Of a stretch of DNA of 64,000 nucleotides, positions 9,346 through 19,522 are shown in pieces. Made by a program: the position numbers and the translations under genes. The DNA is taken from assembly GCA_943787795.1 (NCBI GenBank), contig CALSNU010000003.1:96001-160000 (forward strand). Direction: 5' to 3'. Below the pieces are notes generated by a model. The model was not told the DNA's origin. It was given only the letters and a program-made list of their open reading frames with translations, and made no database searches. Position 1 is the stretch's first letter. Every line of letters starts with the position of its first letter. The DNA comes from an uncultured bacterium (GTDB lineage: Bacteria > Planctomycetota > UBA1135 > GCA-002686595).

Positions 9346-10509
9346 ATGCAAACACAGTTCAACTCCTCTGACAGGCTTGTCGTCGCCATGAGCGGCGGCG
9401 TGGACAGTTCGGCCGTGGCCTGGATGCTGCGGGAGGCGGGTCACGATCTGGTGGGCCTGTTCATGCGCAACGGCGTCAACATCAAGGAATCTGAGGTCTC
9501 CAAGAAGTCCTGCTGCTCCCTGGGGGACGCACGGGACGCGCGCATGGTGGCGGCCAGGCTGGACGTGCCCTTCCAGGCCATGGACCTGAAGGAGGAGTTC
9601 GGGGAGGTGATCGACTACTTCGTCTCCGAGTACGGCCGAGGGCGTACGCCGAACCCCTGCGCGGTGTGCAACCGCGACCTGAAGATGGGGAAGCTCATGG
9701 ACTTCGCCGACGAGCTCGGCTGTGCCGGGGTGGCGACCGGGCACTACGCCCGCGTCTCGGTGGAGGATGGTCGTGTCCGACTGCGGCGTGGCGTCGATCG
9801 GGCGAAGGACCAGTCCTATCAGCTGTTCCCCGTCGCCGAGGCGAACCTCATGCGCACGGCGACGCCCCTCGGCGACCTCGAGAAGCCGGAGGTGCGGGAG
9901 CTCGCGCGGTCGGCTGGCCTCAGGACGTTCGCGAAGAAGGACAGCCAAGAGATCTGCTTCGTCCCCTCCAACGATTACCGGCTGCTCCTCGAGCAGCGGG
10001 GCGTGGAGCTGCACCCGGGGCGAATTGTTGATGTCTTCGGCAAGGACCATGGGCCGCACACGGGCACCGAGAACTTCACGATCGGCCAGCGCCGCGGCCA
10101 CGGGGTGGCGGTCGGGGTTCCGATGTACGTGGTCGAGATCCACCCAGAAGAGGGGCTCGTGGTCATCGGCACAGAGGCCGAGTGCAAGGCGCCGACCATG
10201 GTCGTGGAGGACCTGAACTGGCTCGGCTTCGAGGTGCCGTCGAGCGGCACGTTCCGGTGCGCGGTGCAGGTCCGTTATCGCCACCGAGCAGCGCCTGCGA
10301 CGGTTCAGGTGGAGCCGGACGGGGCGTCGGCTCGGGTGGAGTTCGATGAGCCTCAGATGGCCGTGGCGCCAGGGCAGGGCGCAGCGTTCTACGAGCTGGA
10401 GGCGGACGGGACCGGCGGGGACCTCTCTCTTGGTGGAGGCTGGATCCGGACGGCCCGGCGGGGTGGGCTGGAGGCGGCCGAGGAGGCCGGCACGCCCGCG
10501 ACGCCGTGA
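9346..10509 (+). CDS. mnmA: tRNA 2-thiouridylase MnmA
   Basis: VAMSGGVDSS, SCCSL, GRTPNPCAVCN, ATGHYAR, KDQSYQL, KKDSQEICF, FTIGQRRG, VAPGQ. Confidence 0.96.
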   Translation: MQTQFNSSDRLVVAMSGGVDSSAVAWMLREAGHDLVGLFMRNGVNIKESEVSKKSCCSLGDARDARMVAARLDVPFQAMDLKEEFGEVIDYFVSEYGRGRTPNPCAVCNRDLKMGKLMDFADELGCAGVATGHYARVSVEDGRVRLRRGVDRAKDQSYQLFPVAEANLMRTATPLGDLEKPEVRELARSAGLRTFAKKDSQEICFVPSNDYRLLLEQRGVELHPGRIVDVFGKDHGPHTGTENFTIGQRRGHGVAVGVPMYVVEIHPEEGLVVIGTEAECKAPTMVVEDLNWLGFEVPSSGTFRCAVQVRYRHRAAPATVQVEPDGASARVEFDEPQMAVAPGQGAAFYELEADGTGGDLSLGGGWIRTARRGGLEAAEEAGTPATP

Positions 10510-13412
10510 CCGCCTTCACGGCTCGGCACGGGAGCCCCACCGCGGCGGGGTCAAGGGCGCCTGGGGCGGACCTCCTGACGCTCGGCGTGGCCCTCGCGGT
10601 GCTCGCTGCGCTCTCTTCGCTGCTCGGGAGCTCCGGGCAGCCGGCCGGAGACCCGGGCGACGCGGCGATCCGGGCGCTGCTCCTTGACCGCTCCGCGAGC
10701 GCGACGAGGGGGCGACCGGGCTGGCAGCGCTGGGCGATCCAGCGGCTGGCGGCCGAGGCCCGCGGGGCCGCGGAGAACGGCGAGGACATCGTCCTCGTGG
10801 CCTTCGACCGAGGCGTCGAGCGCCGCTTCGGGCCCGCGAGCGCCGACGAGTTCATGGGGTGGCTGCGCCGCGGCGATGCGGCGGGGGGGCTGAGGTCGTC
10901 GACCGCCGGCGACCTGGGAACGGACCTGGTGGGGGCCTCCGAGGTCGCGCTCGAGGTCATCGGTGGCGGCGACCGCCCCCCTGGCGAGGTCGTGATCCTC
11001 GGGGATGGGAGGGCCGCAGCAGGGCAGCTCCCCGAGGCGCTCCTGGACCCCATGGTCCGGGCCGTCCGGCTCGTCGAGCCCCCTGCCGCCCTGCTCCCCG
11101 ACGTCGGCGTCCGAGCCCTGCATCTGCCTGACCCCGCCGAGCCTGGCGCGCGGATTCCGGTGCGCCTGGACCTCTTTGTGGACGGCGCCCTACCCGCCGG
11201 TGGCGACGAGCCGGCGCTGATCGTCGAGTGGGAGCTTCGCTTCAGGAGCTCCACGAAGATGGAGGCCTCGCGCACGATCCGGGGGCGCGAGGAGGCCGCG
11301 GTGCCCGCCACCGCTCGGGCCGCCGCGGGCCTGCGTTCGCTCTCCGTGAACGTGGAGCTGCCCCCTCTCTCCACCGGGGTCGGGGAGCTCGGGGTGGCCG
11401 TGAGGCTCTCCGCCTTGCCCCCCGAGGTCCCCGACCTCTTCCCGGAGAACGATCGTGCGGCCGGGCTCCTCGAGGTCGGGGCTCCGGTTCGGGTGCTCGT
11501 CGTCCAACCGGGAGGGGCCGAGGCCGCGGGCGGGACTGGCCGCCTCGGGTCGCGACGGGGAGGGCTCCAGGGGGAGGCCTTCGACGGCATCGACTTCGAC
11601 TTCATCGGGCCCGGAGACCTGCGGCCTCGGTTGCTCGGTGATGACCCGCCGGACGTGGTCGTCACCCTCGACGTGCCCCTTGCTGGCCTGCCCGGCGCCG
11701 CGCTCTCGCGGTTCGTCCTCGCTGGGGGAGGGTGGCTGCGGTGCGCCGGTTGGACAGCGCTTCGAGAGGATGGGCCCGAGCTCGAGCCGCTCCTCGCCCT
11801 CGTCCCTGACCGCGAACCTCGTCAGCCCATGGACGTTGTCTTCCTGGTGGACGGCTCGGGCAGCATGGGCGGGCAGCGGTGGGAGCGGGTGAGGGATGCG
11901 CTGGGCGCGGTGGTGCCGACCACCGCGGCGCGCGATCGGATGGAGCTCCGCTTCTTCACCCAGGTCGTCACGCAGCCCAAGCTCGTGTTCGAGGCCTCGG
12001 CAGATCGCGGTCCGGAGCGTGCCTTGGAGCGGCGGGAGGCCGTGGAGGGGCTGGTGCGTGCGCGGGTGCCAGGGGGGTCGACCGACATCCTCTACTCCCT
12101 GGACGGGCTCGCCGCGGCACGGGAGCGAGGCCTGTTGGCGAGCTCATCTGGGGGCCCGGCTGGGGACCCGGCTGGGGACCCGGCTGGGGAACGGGCTCAG
12201 GGCATGATCGTCCTCATCACCGACGGCCTGACCGACTCGGTCTGGAGTCTGCGGCGTCAGGTCCGGGACCGAATCGCCGCGGCTGGCGACCGCCTGGTGA
12301 TCGTCCAGGTCGGAGAGGATCCGGACGGAGTCGAGTTCCTCGCCGGCCTGCTCATGGACGGCGAAGCGGTGCTGGAGGCGGGGGAGCTGGAGGGACTCGA
12401 GGACCTGCTCCACCAGGAGCTGCAGGACGTTCGGCTCGTGGAGGGGGCGACGGTGGTGGCCGCGCCGGCGCTTCCGGGGGCAGCCTGGCTGGCGGAGCTG
12501 AGGGGGCCCGTGCTCGACGCCGCAGCCCTCGAGCGCAGCCTCGTTCTCGGCCAGGTGCTCCGATCTAGGCCAGCCGAGGGCGCGACGGCGCTGCTGGACG
12601 TGGCGGTCTCGCCGGCGGCTCCGGTGGCTGGCGGTGGGCCAGGGCGAGGGACGCTGATCGCCCTCGCCGAGCGCGGGCAGGGGACCGTGGCCGGGCTCGC
12701 TGTGCCCGCGCTCGGGTCCGGGCCGGAAGCGTGGAGCCCGGCGCTGCGCTCTCGGATCGGCTGGCTGGCTCCGGTGCTACGCGCCATGGCGCGGCGCCAT
12801 TCGGAGGCCGCCCGCCGGGCTCCCGCAAGTGAGGCTGGGCCGGGGGGACGCCCGCGCGGGAGCCTCACAGCCGGCGGGGAGGTCCTCGTGCGGGGCCTCC
12901 CCAACGGGCTCCCGGCGAGCTTTCTTGCCGCCATCACCGGGGCCCCGACCGTGGACCTGTTCGGAGAGCTGGGCGCCCGCAAGCGGCTCGCGAGCGTGAG
13001 GCTCACCGTGCCAGAGGTGGAGTCCGCTCCAGACAGGGTTCGCCGCGGCCTCCGGCCTTCCGCTCTGGACGCCGTGCCGCGCGGGACGCCGCTGCTGATC
13101 GAGCTCCCGCCCCCAGCTGTGGCGGTGCCCCTCCGGGCTGACGGCCCCGCCGAGGCCTTTCCGCCGCCGGGTGGGGCGGCGCCCTCCCTGCGGCACGGTC
13201 TCGGCCGAAGCGGGGGGGCGGCAGGCCCCGCGAGCCCCCCGTCCGATACGGATCGGGGCTGGCCCCACCCCCTGACGCCCTGGCTCCTCTGGGCGGCCAT
13301 CGGGAGCCTGTTCCTCGGCGCCCTCGGGGGGCGGCCGGGGCTCGCTGCGCTGGTGGGGGGAAGGAACCAGCATTCTCCTGGGGGACAGGGCTCAAGGAGT
13401 GGCCTCGAGTAG
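10506..13412 (+). CDS. Large membrane-anchored protein with two VWA-like domains
   Basis: N-terminal hydrophobic segment, MIDAS-like LLLDRSAS...ILGDG and FLVDGSGSM...VLITDG, C-terminal TM; GTGA overlap with the mnmA stop. Confidence 0.7.
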   Translation: MTAFTARHGSPTAAGSRAPGADLLTLGVALAVLAALSSLLGSSGQPAGDPGDAAIRALLLDRSASATRGRPGWQRWAIQRLAAEARGAAENGEDIVLVAFDRGVERRFGPASADEFMGWLRRGDAAGGLRSSTAGDLGTDLVGASEVALEVIGGGDRPPGEVVILGDGRAAAGQLPEALLDPMVRAVRLVEPPAALLPDVGVRALHLPDPAEPGARIPVRLDLFVDGALPAGGDEPALIVEWELRFRSSTKMEASRTIRGREEAAVPATARAAAGLRSLSVNVELPPLSTGVGELGVAVRLSALPPEVPDLFPENDRAAGLLEVGAPVRVLVVQPGGAEAAGGTGRLGSRRGGLQGEAFDGIDFDFIGPGDLRPRLLGDDPPDVVVTLDVPLAGLPGAALSRFVLAGGGWLRCAGWTALREDGPELEPLLALVPDREPRQPMDVVFLVDGSGSMGGQRWERVRDALGAVVPTTAARDRMELRFFTQVVTQPKLVFEASADRGPERALERREAVEGLVRARVPGGSTDILYSLDGLAAARERGLLASSSGGPAGDPAGDPAGERAQGMIVLITDGLTDSVWSLRRQVRDRIAAAGDRLVIVQVGEDPDGVEFLAGLLMDGEAVLEAGELEGLEDLLHQELQDVRLVEGATVVAAPALPGAAWLAELRGPVLDAAALERSLVLGQVLRSRPAEGATALLDVAVSPAAPVAGGGPGRGTLIALAERGQGTVAGLAVPALGSGPEAWSPALRSRIGWLAPVLRAMARRHSEAARRAPASEAGPGGRPRGSLTAGGEVLVRGLPNGLPASFLAAITGAPTVDLFGELGARKRLASVRLTVPEVESAPDRVRRGLRPSALDAVPRGTPLLIELPPPAVAVPLRADGPAEAFPPPGGAAPSLRHGLGRSGGAAGPASPPSDTDRGWPHPLTPWLLWAAIGSLFLGALGGRPGLAALVGGRNQHSPGGQGSRSGLE

Positions 13413-13488
13413 CCGAATGGCACCTTGGTGCCCCGCGATGGGGCGCCCTAGCCGACTCGCCTCTCGAGACCCTGACGCGCAACCCAAC

Positions 13489-14112
13489 ATGCCGCTCACC
13501 ACGACTCGCCGCCTGCTCTCTGTCTCCCTGCTCACCCTCGGCGCCCTCGCCTCCTGCGCGACCAACGCCTCGACGAGCGCGAGCCTCTCGGATTCCCAGT
13601 GGCTCGAGGCCTCACCCGAGCTGCAGCGGAAGATCGATCAGAAGGAGGCGGAGGTCCTCGTGTGTCCGGACCAGTTCACCTGGATTGGCCTCTCGGACTG
13701 GTTCCAGTCGGTGGGGGAGCCCACCTACCCGAACCTCCTCGAGATGGTTCAGTACGGCAACACCCGCCAGCGCAGCTTCTCGCTCTGTGTGATCGCCGCG
13801 ATGCAGGACCGTCGCCTCCTGGAGCCCGTGCGAGAGGTCATGCCCGCAGAGGCGCTCGCGTCGGAGGGCATCCGCAGGGAGTACGCGCGCGCCCTGGCCA
13901 AGATGGGCGACTTCTCGGAGCTCCCCGTCCTGATCGAGGCGCTCCGAGACAGCAGTCCGGAGCAGTTCGGCCGAGCGGCCCGAGCCCTCGAGACCGTGAC
14001 GAACTCGGACATTCCCGTCAGCGCCAGCACCTCGCCTGAGAAGCGCGAGGAGATCGTCGAGGCCTGGCTTGAGTGGTGGAACAACCAGCAGCGCGACGCG
14101 CTGCTGCGTTAG
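13489..14112 (+). CDS. HEAT-repeat lipoprotein
   Basis: Lipobox LGALASC; HEAT-like LPVLIEALRD...AARAL; WLEWW cap. Confidence 0.7.
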   Translation: MPLTTTRRLLSVSLLTLGALASCATNASTSASLSDSQWLEASPELQRKIDQKEAEVLVCPDQFTWIGLSDWFQSVGEPTYPNLLEMVQYGNTRQRSFSLCVIAAMQDRRLLEPVREVMPAEALASEGIRREYARALAKMGDFSELPVLIEALRDSSPEQFGRAARALETVTNSDIPVSASTSPEKREEIVEAWLEWWNNQQRDALLR

Positions 14113-14123
14113 AGGGGCGCGCG

Positions 14124-14519
14124 TCAGCGGAGCTCGTCGAGGAGCGCGAGGAAGCCGGGGTGGTCGCGCAGGGCCTTCAGGTCTTCATCCTCGGACATGA
14201 ACTCGATGTCGTCGTAGCCCAGCACCACTGCAGTGCGCAGGGAGTCCACCGCGGCCGTTGTGCGTCCGCAGAGCGCCTGACTGCAGGCCAGGTTGTAGCG
14301 AGCCGTGGGGTCCTCCGGGGCGATGTCCACGATCCGGAGGTCAACCTTCAGGCCATCCTCATAGCGGCCTAGCCTCGTATACACGTGCCCAAGCTCGGAC
14401 AAGGCGTCGATGTTGTCCGGGCGCCGCCGGACAGCTTCCGAGTAGATGGAGGCGAGGAACTCCGACCCGATCTGGTCCAACTTGGTCGCGCAGGAGTTTG
14501 TGAGGGCCAGGCCGTCCAT
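14124..14519 (-). CDS. Small TPR protein
   Basis: PDNIDALSELGHVYTRLGRYEDG, TARYNLACSQAL, DEDLKALRDHPGF tail. Start uncertain. Confidence 0.75.
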   Translation of the reverse strand: MDGLALTNSCATKLDQIGSEFLASIYSEAVRRRPDNIDALSELGHVYTRLGRYEDGLKVDLRIVDIAPEDPTARYNLACSQALCGRTTAAVDSLRTAVVLGYDDIEFMSEDEDLKALRDHPGFLALLDELR

Positions 14520-14667
14520 TAGGAATCAGTCTATCGCAAGCGGCGAGAGGGGGGCTTTGGGCTGTCGTGGCGCCGGAGCACCAGGATCCAGGCGTGACCA
14601 GGTGGGGCCGCGCGGGTACAAGGACAGCGGTCCCCTTCCCCCGTCGACATTCGCCCCTGCCAAGTCC

Positions 14668-15903
14668 ATGGACATTCGATTCTGCGATCTGTGCCAAGAG
14701 TCCGTTCCTGAAGCCGACTTCAGGAGCGGCCGGGCCAGCGCTATCAAGGGGAGAGTGATCTGCTCCCAGTGCGAGAAGGCCATGGGCGGAGGAGCCGAAA
14801 CGGGACCGGGGAGCGGGGGCGACGCGTCGTCCCGGCCAGCCGGAGACGACGTCGCGAACTCGATGCGCCCTGCTCCCCGGCAGGCAGAGCCCAGGTCGTC
14901 CGGTGGTCCTCCTGCGGCAGCACAGGGGGCCGCAGGGTCCGCAGGTTCCGCGGGGGCCGTGGCGGCCCGCGGGGGCTTCCTGCTCGCCCTGGGGGCCGCG
15001 GCGGCCATCGGGTTCGGCGCTCCGATCCTGCTCGACCGGATCGAGTCTCTGGAGGCCAGGCTCAACGCCGCCGCCATCCAGATCGAGGCTGGTCGGCAGC
15101 AGAGCCGGGATGAGCGAGCCGCCGACGTCCAGCCGCTTCGGCTCGGCCTCGAAGCGCTCAACGCTCGCACGGACCAGAGCCTCGCTGAACAGCGTGCTGA
15201 GCTCGTGGCGGAGATCGGAGCGCTGGAGGCGGCGCTGCAGGCCACGGAGGCGCGCTCCCTGGATCGCGGCGACCGGCTGCGAGCGACCATGGACGCGTCG
15301 AGCGCCAGGTTGGATGAGCTGCGGGAAGGGCTCGCACGAGCCACGAAGCGCCAGGGGGAAGTGGATGAACTGAAGCGTGTGGCGGCGTTCCATGGGGACC
15401 TGCTCGTGGAGCTCCAGGAGCGGCAGCGAACGGCCACTGTCGTGGTGGAAGGAGGCGGGACGCGGCCTGCTGCGGGGAGCGCGCCCGCCGATCTTGTCGG
15501 CAGCAACGGCGGTCCGATGGCCTCATGGTCCCAGCACCTCGGGGATCTCGAGAGCCCTGACGCTGGCCTCCGTCTCGATGCGGTCTTCGCGCTCGGGCAG
15601 ACCCAGGACCCCGCTGTCGCCTCCCATGTGATTCCGATGCTCACGGATGAGGACGTGTTCGTCCGCATGGTGTCGGCGCAGGTACTCGGAGCACTGCGGG
15701 CAAAATCCGCGGTGCCGGCCCTCATCGACGCGCTCGAGGACGAGCGCTCGGCGGTCCGTGAGGCCGCCGTGGTCTCTCTGCGGAGCACCACCGGACAGCA
15801 ATTCGGGTTTGATCCGGCCGGGAAGGTCCAGGCCCGAGGACGGGCGGTGGGGGCGTGGCGCTCCTGGTGGGAGCGCGACCGTGACGAGTTCACCGGCTCC
15901 TGA
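14668..15903 (+). CDS. Zn-ribbon-TM-coiled-coil-HEAT-repeat membrane protein
   Basis: N-terminal CDLC...CSQC, TM FLLALGAAAAIGFGAPILL, heptad-rich region, HEAT repeats, WRSWW cap. Confidence 0.72.
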   Translation: MDIRFCDLCQESVPEADFRSGRASAIKGRVICSQCEKAMGGGAETGPGSGGDASSRPAGDDVANSMRPAPRQAEPRSSGGPPAAAQGAAGSAGSAGAVAARGGFLLALGAAAAIGFGAPILLDRIESLEARLNAAAIQIEAGRQQSRDERAADVQPLRLGLEALNARTDQSLAEQRAELVAEIGALEAALQATEARSLDRGDRLRATMDASSARLDELREGLARATKRQGEVDELKRVAAFHGDLLVELQERQRTATVVVEGGGTRPAAGSAPADLVGSNGGPMASWSQHLGDLESPDAGLRLDAVFALGQTQDPAVASHVIPMLTDEDVFVRMVSAQVLGALRAKSAVPALIDALEDERSAVREAAVVSLRSTTGQQFGFDPAGKVQARGRAVGAWRSWWERDRDEFTGS

Positions 15904-16048
15904 CCTCCGCCGGTCTCGCCCTCCCAAAGCTCCGCCGGAGTGGTGCTTCGGATTGAAGAATGGTTACCCTGCGCGGCCCGGTGCAGCCCTGAGCAGCCCT
16001 GCCTCTGACTCGCCGGCTCTCCACGCAGCCACCCCCCGCTTCACTCCC

Positions 16049-17398
16049 ATGGGAATCTTCAAGGCCTACGATATTCGCGGCGTCCACCCCACCGAACTCG
16101 ACGCCGACGTCGCCCGGAGGATCGGTCACGCGTTCGCTCGCCTCCTCGACGCCAAGCGCCTGCTCGTCGGCCGCGATATGAGGGTGCACTCGCCCGAGGT
16201 CTCCGAGGCGGTCATCGAGGGCATGCGGGATGCCGGGGCAGACGTGGTCTCCATCGGGCTCGCTTCGACACCGATGACCTACTTCGCCATCGGGTCCCAG
16301 GACGTGGACGGCGGCCTCTGCGTGACCGCGAGCCACAACACCGGCGAGTACAACGGCATGAAGCTCTGCTCGAGGGGAGCGCGACCGATCTCCCGGGCCA
16401 ACGGGATCGCGGACATCGAGCGCATGTGCGCCGAGCCGTACCCCGGGCCCGTCGCCGAGCGTGGGACGCTGGAGGAGCTCGATCTCGACGAGGCCTACGC
16501 TGCCCACGTGGCGTCCTTCTGCGACATGGAGGGGGACCTCTCCCTCGCCATCGACGCCGCCAACGGCATGGCCGGCCACACGCTCCCGAGGATCCTGCCC
16601 ATGCTCCCGCGGCTGACCACCAGCACGCTCTTCATGGAGCCGGATGGGAGCTTCCCCAACCATGAGGCCAACCCGCTCAAGGAGGAGAATCTGGACGACG
16701 TCCGGGCCCTGGTGGGCTCGAGCGGTGCAGCCGCAGGGGTGGGGTTTGACGGAGACGCCGACCGCTGCTGCTTCGTGGATGAGACCGGAGAGACGGTCAC
16801 CGCGGACCTCATGACCGCGCTGCTCGCGCGGGAGTTCCTCCGCAAGGAGCCTGGCGCGCACATCGTCTATGACCTGCGCTCCTCGTGGGTCGTCAAGGAG
16901 GAGATCCTGGCCGGCGGCGGCGTCGCCCACCGGGATCGCGTGGGGCACAGCTTCATCAAGGCGACCATGCGAGAGCACGGGGCGGTCTTCGGCGGCGAGC
17001 TCTCCGGTCACTTCTACTTCAGGGACAACTTCGTCTGTGACTCCGGCGCGTTGGCCATGGTGAGCGCCCTCAATCTCCTCACCCGAGAAGAGAACCAGGG
17101 GCGAGCGCTGTCCGAGCTGGTCAAGGACCTCCGCCGCTACCACTCCACCGGCGAGATCAACTTCGAGGTGGAGGACAAGGCGGCGGCCATCGCGAAGCTC
17201 AAGGAGCGCTACGCAGACGGCCGCCAGGACGAGCTCGACGGGATCACCGTGGAATACGGGGACCTCGATTCCGACGACTGGTGGTGGTTCAACGTGCGCA
17301 TGTCCAACACGGAGCCCCTCCTGCGACTGAACCTCGAGGCGAAGCGTGAGGCGACCCGAGATGCCCGCAGGGACGAGCTTGTGGCGCTCCTGAGCTGA
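16049..17398 (+). CDS. Phosphomannomutase/phosphoglucomutase
   Basis: IFKAYDIRG, TASHN, FDGDADR, GGELSGH, RMSNTEPLLRLNLE. Confidence 0.95.
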   Translation: MGIFKAYDIRGVHPTELDADVARRIGHAFARLLDAKRLLVGRDMRVHSPEVSEAVIEGMRDAGADVVSIGLASTPMTYFAIGSQDVDGGLCVTASHNTGEYNGMKLCSRGARPISRANGIADIERMCAEPYPGPVAERGTLEELDLDEAYAAHVASFCDMEGDLSLAIDAANGMAGHTLPRILPMLPRLTTSTLFMEPDGSFPNHEANPLKEENLDDVRALVGSSGAAAGVGFDGDADRCCFVDETGETVTADLMTALLAREFLRKEPGAHIVYDLRSSWVVKEEILAGGGVAHRDRVGHSFIKATMREHGAVFGGELSGHFYFRDNFVCDSGALAMVSALNLLTREENQGRALSELVKDLRRYHSTGEINFEVEDKAAAIAKLKERYADGRQDELDGITVEYGDLDSDDWWWFNVRMSNTEPLLRLNLEAKREATRDARRDELVALLS

Positions 17399-17490
17399 CC
17401 CTCCACCGACGCAAGGGAATCGAGCTTCGATTCTGGGCCCGGCTGGCCGATAGTATTCCTCGCCGGGAGCCCCAGACCCGAAGATCATCG

Positions 17491-19479
17491 ATGATGCCTC
17501 TCAAGCTCCGTCCGCTCCATCCCGGCCTGCTTCTCGGGCCCCCCGCACGTCTCAGTCAATGGGGGGCCGCTGTCCTTCTGACCGCCGCGCCGCTGGTGGC
17601 GCAGGGCGGCCCGTCGGCGGGATCTCCCGCGGCGGAACCTCCTTCTGGAACGTCTCGCCGAGCCGCGCAGAACCGAGTCGCAGCAGCTCAGGCTCCTGAC
17701 GGAGCGCGCTTCTATGAGCGCGACCTGCGGACCAGCTTTGATCGGCGCTCCGCGACCCTCGCGCGCGCTGACCTCGAGGAGCTTGAGCCCGGGGCGCCGG
17801 GGTACGAATCCGCCCTCTTCACGCTCGGCGCCGCCGGTGCCCTGGAGTCGCGGGCAGTCCTCGTGGAGTCCACCTCGGAGTTCACCTCGGAGTCCACATT
17901 GGAGGCCGCGGCCACTCAAGACCGCCTCGCGGCGATCTTTGCGCTCGGGGAGTTGAAGGCACGGGTGGGACCCGCCATCGACGTTCTCCTCGCCCTCACG
18001 ACTGACGACGACCCCGCGGTGAGGACAGCGGCCATGGTCGCCTCGATCCGCACAGGGGTCTCGGCGGGCCGTCAGCACGTGGCGACCCTCGCAGGGGGAG
18101 CGGGCAGCGCCGCTGGCGAGGCTCGCGATGTGCTCGCGTTCGCAGCCGATCCGACAGGGCAGGGGTTACCCAGCGCCTTCCGCCGGCTCTACCAGCTCCG
18201 CTGGAACGCCGCGCGCGCCTACGGCTTCATCGACGGCGCGGTCTGGGCCTCCACGCTCATGGACGAGCTGAGCGAGAACGAGCCGTTCCTTCAGGCGCTC
18301 GTCTTGCAGCTCGTGCTGGACCTGAAGATCGAGGGCGCGAGAGATCACCTCCTTGAGGCCCTCCTCGACGGCGACGGCGTGCGGCGGATCGTCGTTGGGG
18401 CCCAGCGGATGCCCGTGGTGATCGAGTCGATGATCGACGCTGGCGTCTGGCGTCCGGCGGATTGGAAGGAGTGGAAGTGGCTGATGCTGACCATCCTCCA
18501 CGAGGAGCTCGCCTACCTGTTCCCCCGAACGATCCAGCTGGCCGTGGCGCAGCCGTCCGCGGCGGCGGCGGCGGTGGCCTTCCTTCAAAGGTCCGAGGGA
18601 CGCTATGGGGAGCTGGTGGAGCGTTCTCTCAGCCACGAGGACCCCTCGGTTCGCGCCCTCGCGGCCTTCGCCCTCGGCGCAGCGGGAAACCCCGACTACA
18701 CCGCCCGACTGCTCGAGGTCTCCGAAGACCCTGTGGCGTGGGTCCGCGCCAACGCCATCGGCGCGTTGATCCGGATGGGTAACGTCGGGGGGAACATCCG
18801 AGCCGGCCGGATCCTGTCGCTGCCGCCCGAGGATCGGGAGCCGCGCATGACCTCGTATCTGTTCCAGGTGCTCGAACGAGCGGCGCCGGACGCGAACGTG
18901 ATCGAGTTCCTGCAGGACGCGGCGCCGCGGCTGGATGGGCCAGATCGTGCGGCTGCGGACGCGATCCTCCTCCTGTACTCCCGCGCTCCGGTGGAGACGG
19001 GAGTCCTGCGCAGGGAGCTCCCAGGGATGGTCGCCACCAACCCCGAGGCGATCTTCGGAGCCCGGGCCCTCGCCCGCCGGCCTGGAGCGAGCGACCTGCG
19101 CGTGATGGCGCGGCTCTTCCCGCGGGAGGGGGCCGCTGACATGAACCTCGCGCTCGCGTCTGGGCTCGCCCAATCAGGCCACCGGTCGGTGGAGCCCCTG
19201 CTCCAGAAGGCCGTGTGGGAGCTGCCCTGGAACGTCTCTGTGCTCGCCGCTGGTGTCGTGCGCGCCACCTACGGTGAGCGAACCCTGATCTCCTGGGCGG
19301 CGAACCCGCCAGTGGAGACCACGGAGCAGGACGTCCGCCGGCTCGGATACGCTATAGGAGAGTGGGGCGGGATGCCTGCGGTCGAGGCGCTACGTCGGCG
19401 CCTGAACTCGGCCGCTGGGGCCGACCTCCCTGCGCTTCAGGGCGCGATCCTGGGCGCACTCGCTGCGCGCACGCGCTAG
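17491..19479 (+). CDS. Secreted HEAT-repeat protein
   Basis: Signal-like N-terminus; repeated DPxVRxxAxxAL units. Confidence 0.7.
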   Translation: MMPLKLRPLHPGLLLGPPARLSQWGAAVLLTAAPLVAQGGPSAGSPAAEPPSGTSRRAAQNRVAAAQAPDGARFYERDLRTSFDRRSATLARADLEELEPGAPGYESALFTLGAAGALESRAVLVESTSEFTSESTLEAAATQDRLAAIFALGELKARVGPAIDVLLALTTDDDPAVRTAAMVASIRTGVSAGRQHVATLAGGAGSAAGEARDVLAFAADPTGQGLPSAFRRLYQLRWNAARAYGFIDGAVWASTLMDELSENEPFLQALVLQLVLDLKIEGARDHLLEALLDGDGVRRIVVGAQRMPVVIESMIDAGVWRPADWKEWKWLMLTILHEELAYLFPRTIQLAVAQPSAAAAAVAFLQRSEGRYGELVERSLSHEDPSVRALAAFALGAAGNPDYTARLLEVSEDPVAWVRANAIGALIRMGNVGGNIRAGRILSLPPEDREPRMTSYLFQVLERAAPDANVIEFLQDAAPRLDGPDRAAADAILLLYSRAPVETGVLRRELPGMVATNPEAIFGARALARRPGASDLRVMARLFPREGAADMNLALASGLAQSGHRSVEPLLQKAVWELPWNVSVLAAGVVRATYGERTLISWAANPPVETTEQDVRRLGYAIGEWGGMPAVEALRRRLNSAAGADLPALQGAILGALAARTR

Positions 19480-19522
19480 TCCTGGCTGACGATCTTCACA
19501 CCCTGTTGCTGCCTCCGGAACC

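Noticed and set aside
12156..12196. 12-bp repeats (GDPA) in the VWA gene, and 18-bp repeats (SADGGL) at about 37103-37170
   Set aside because: In-frame low-complexity linker expansions, common in GC-rich genes.
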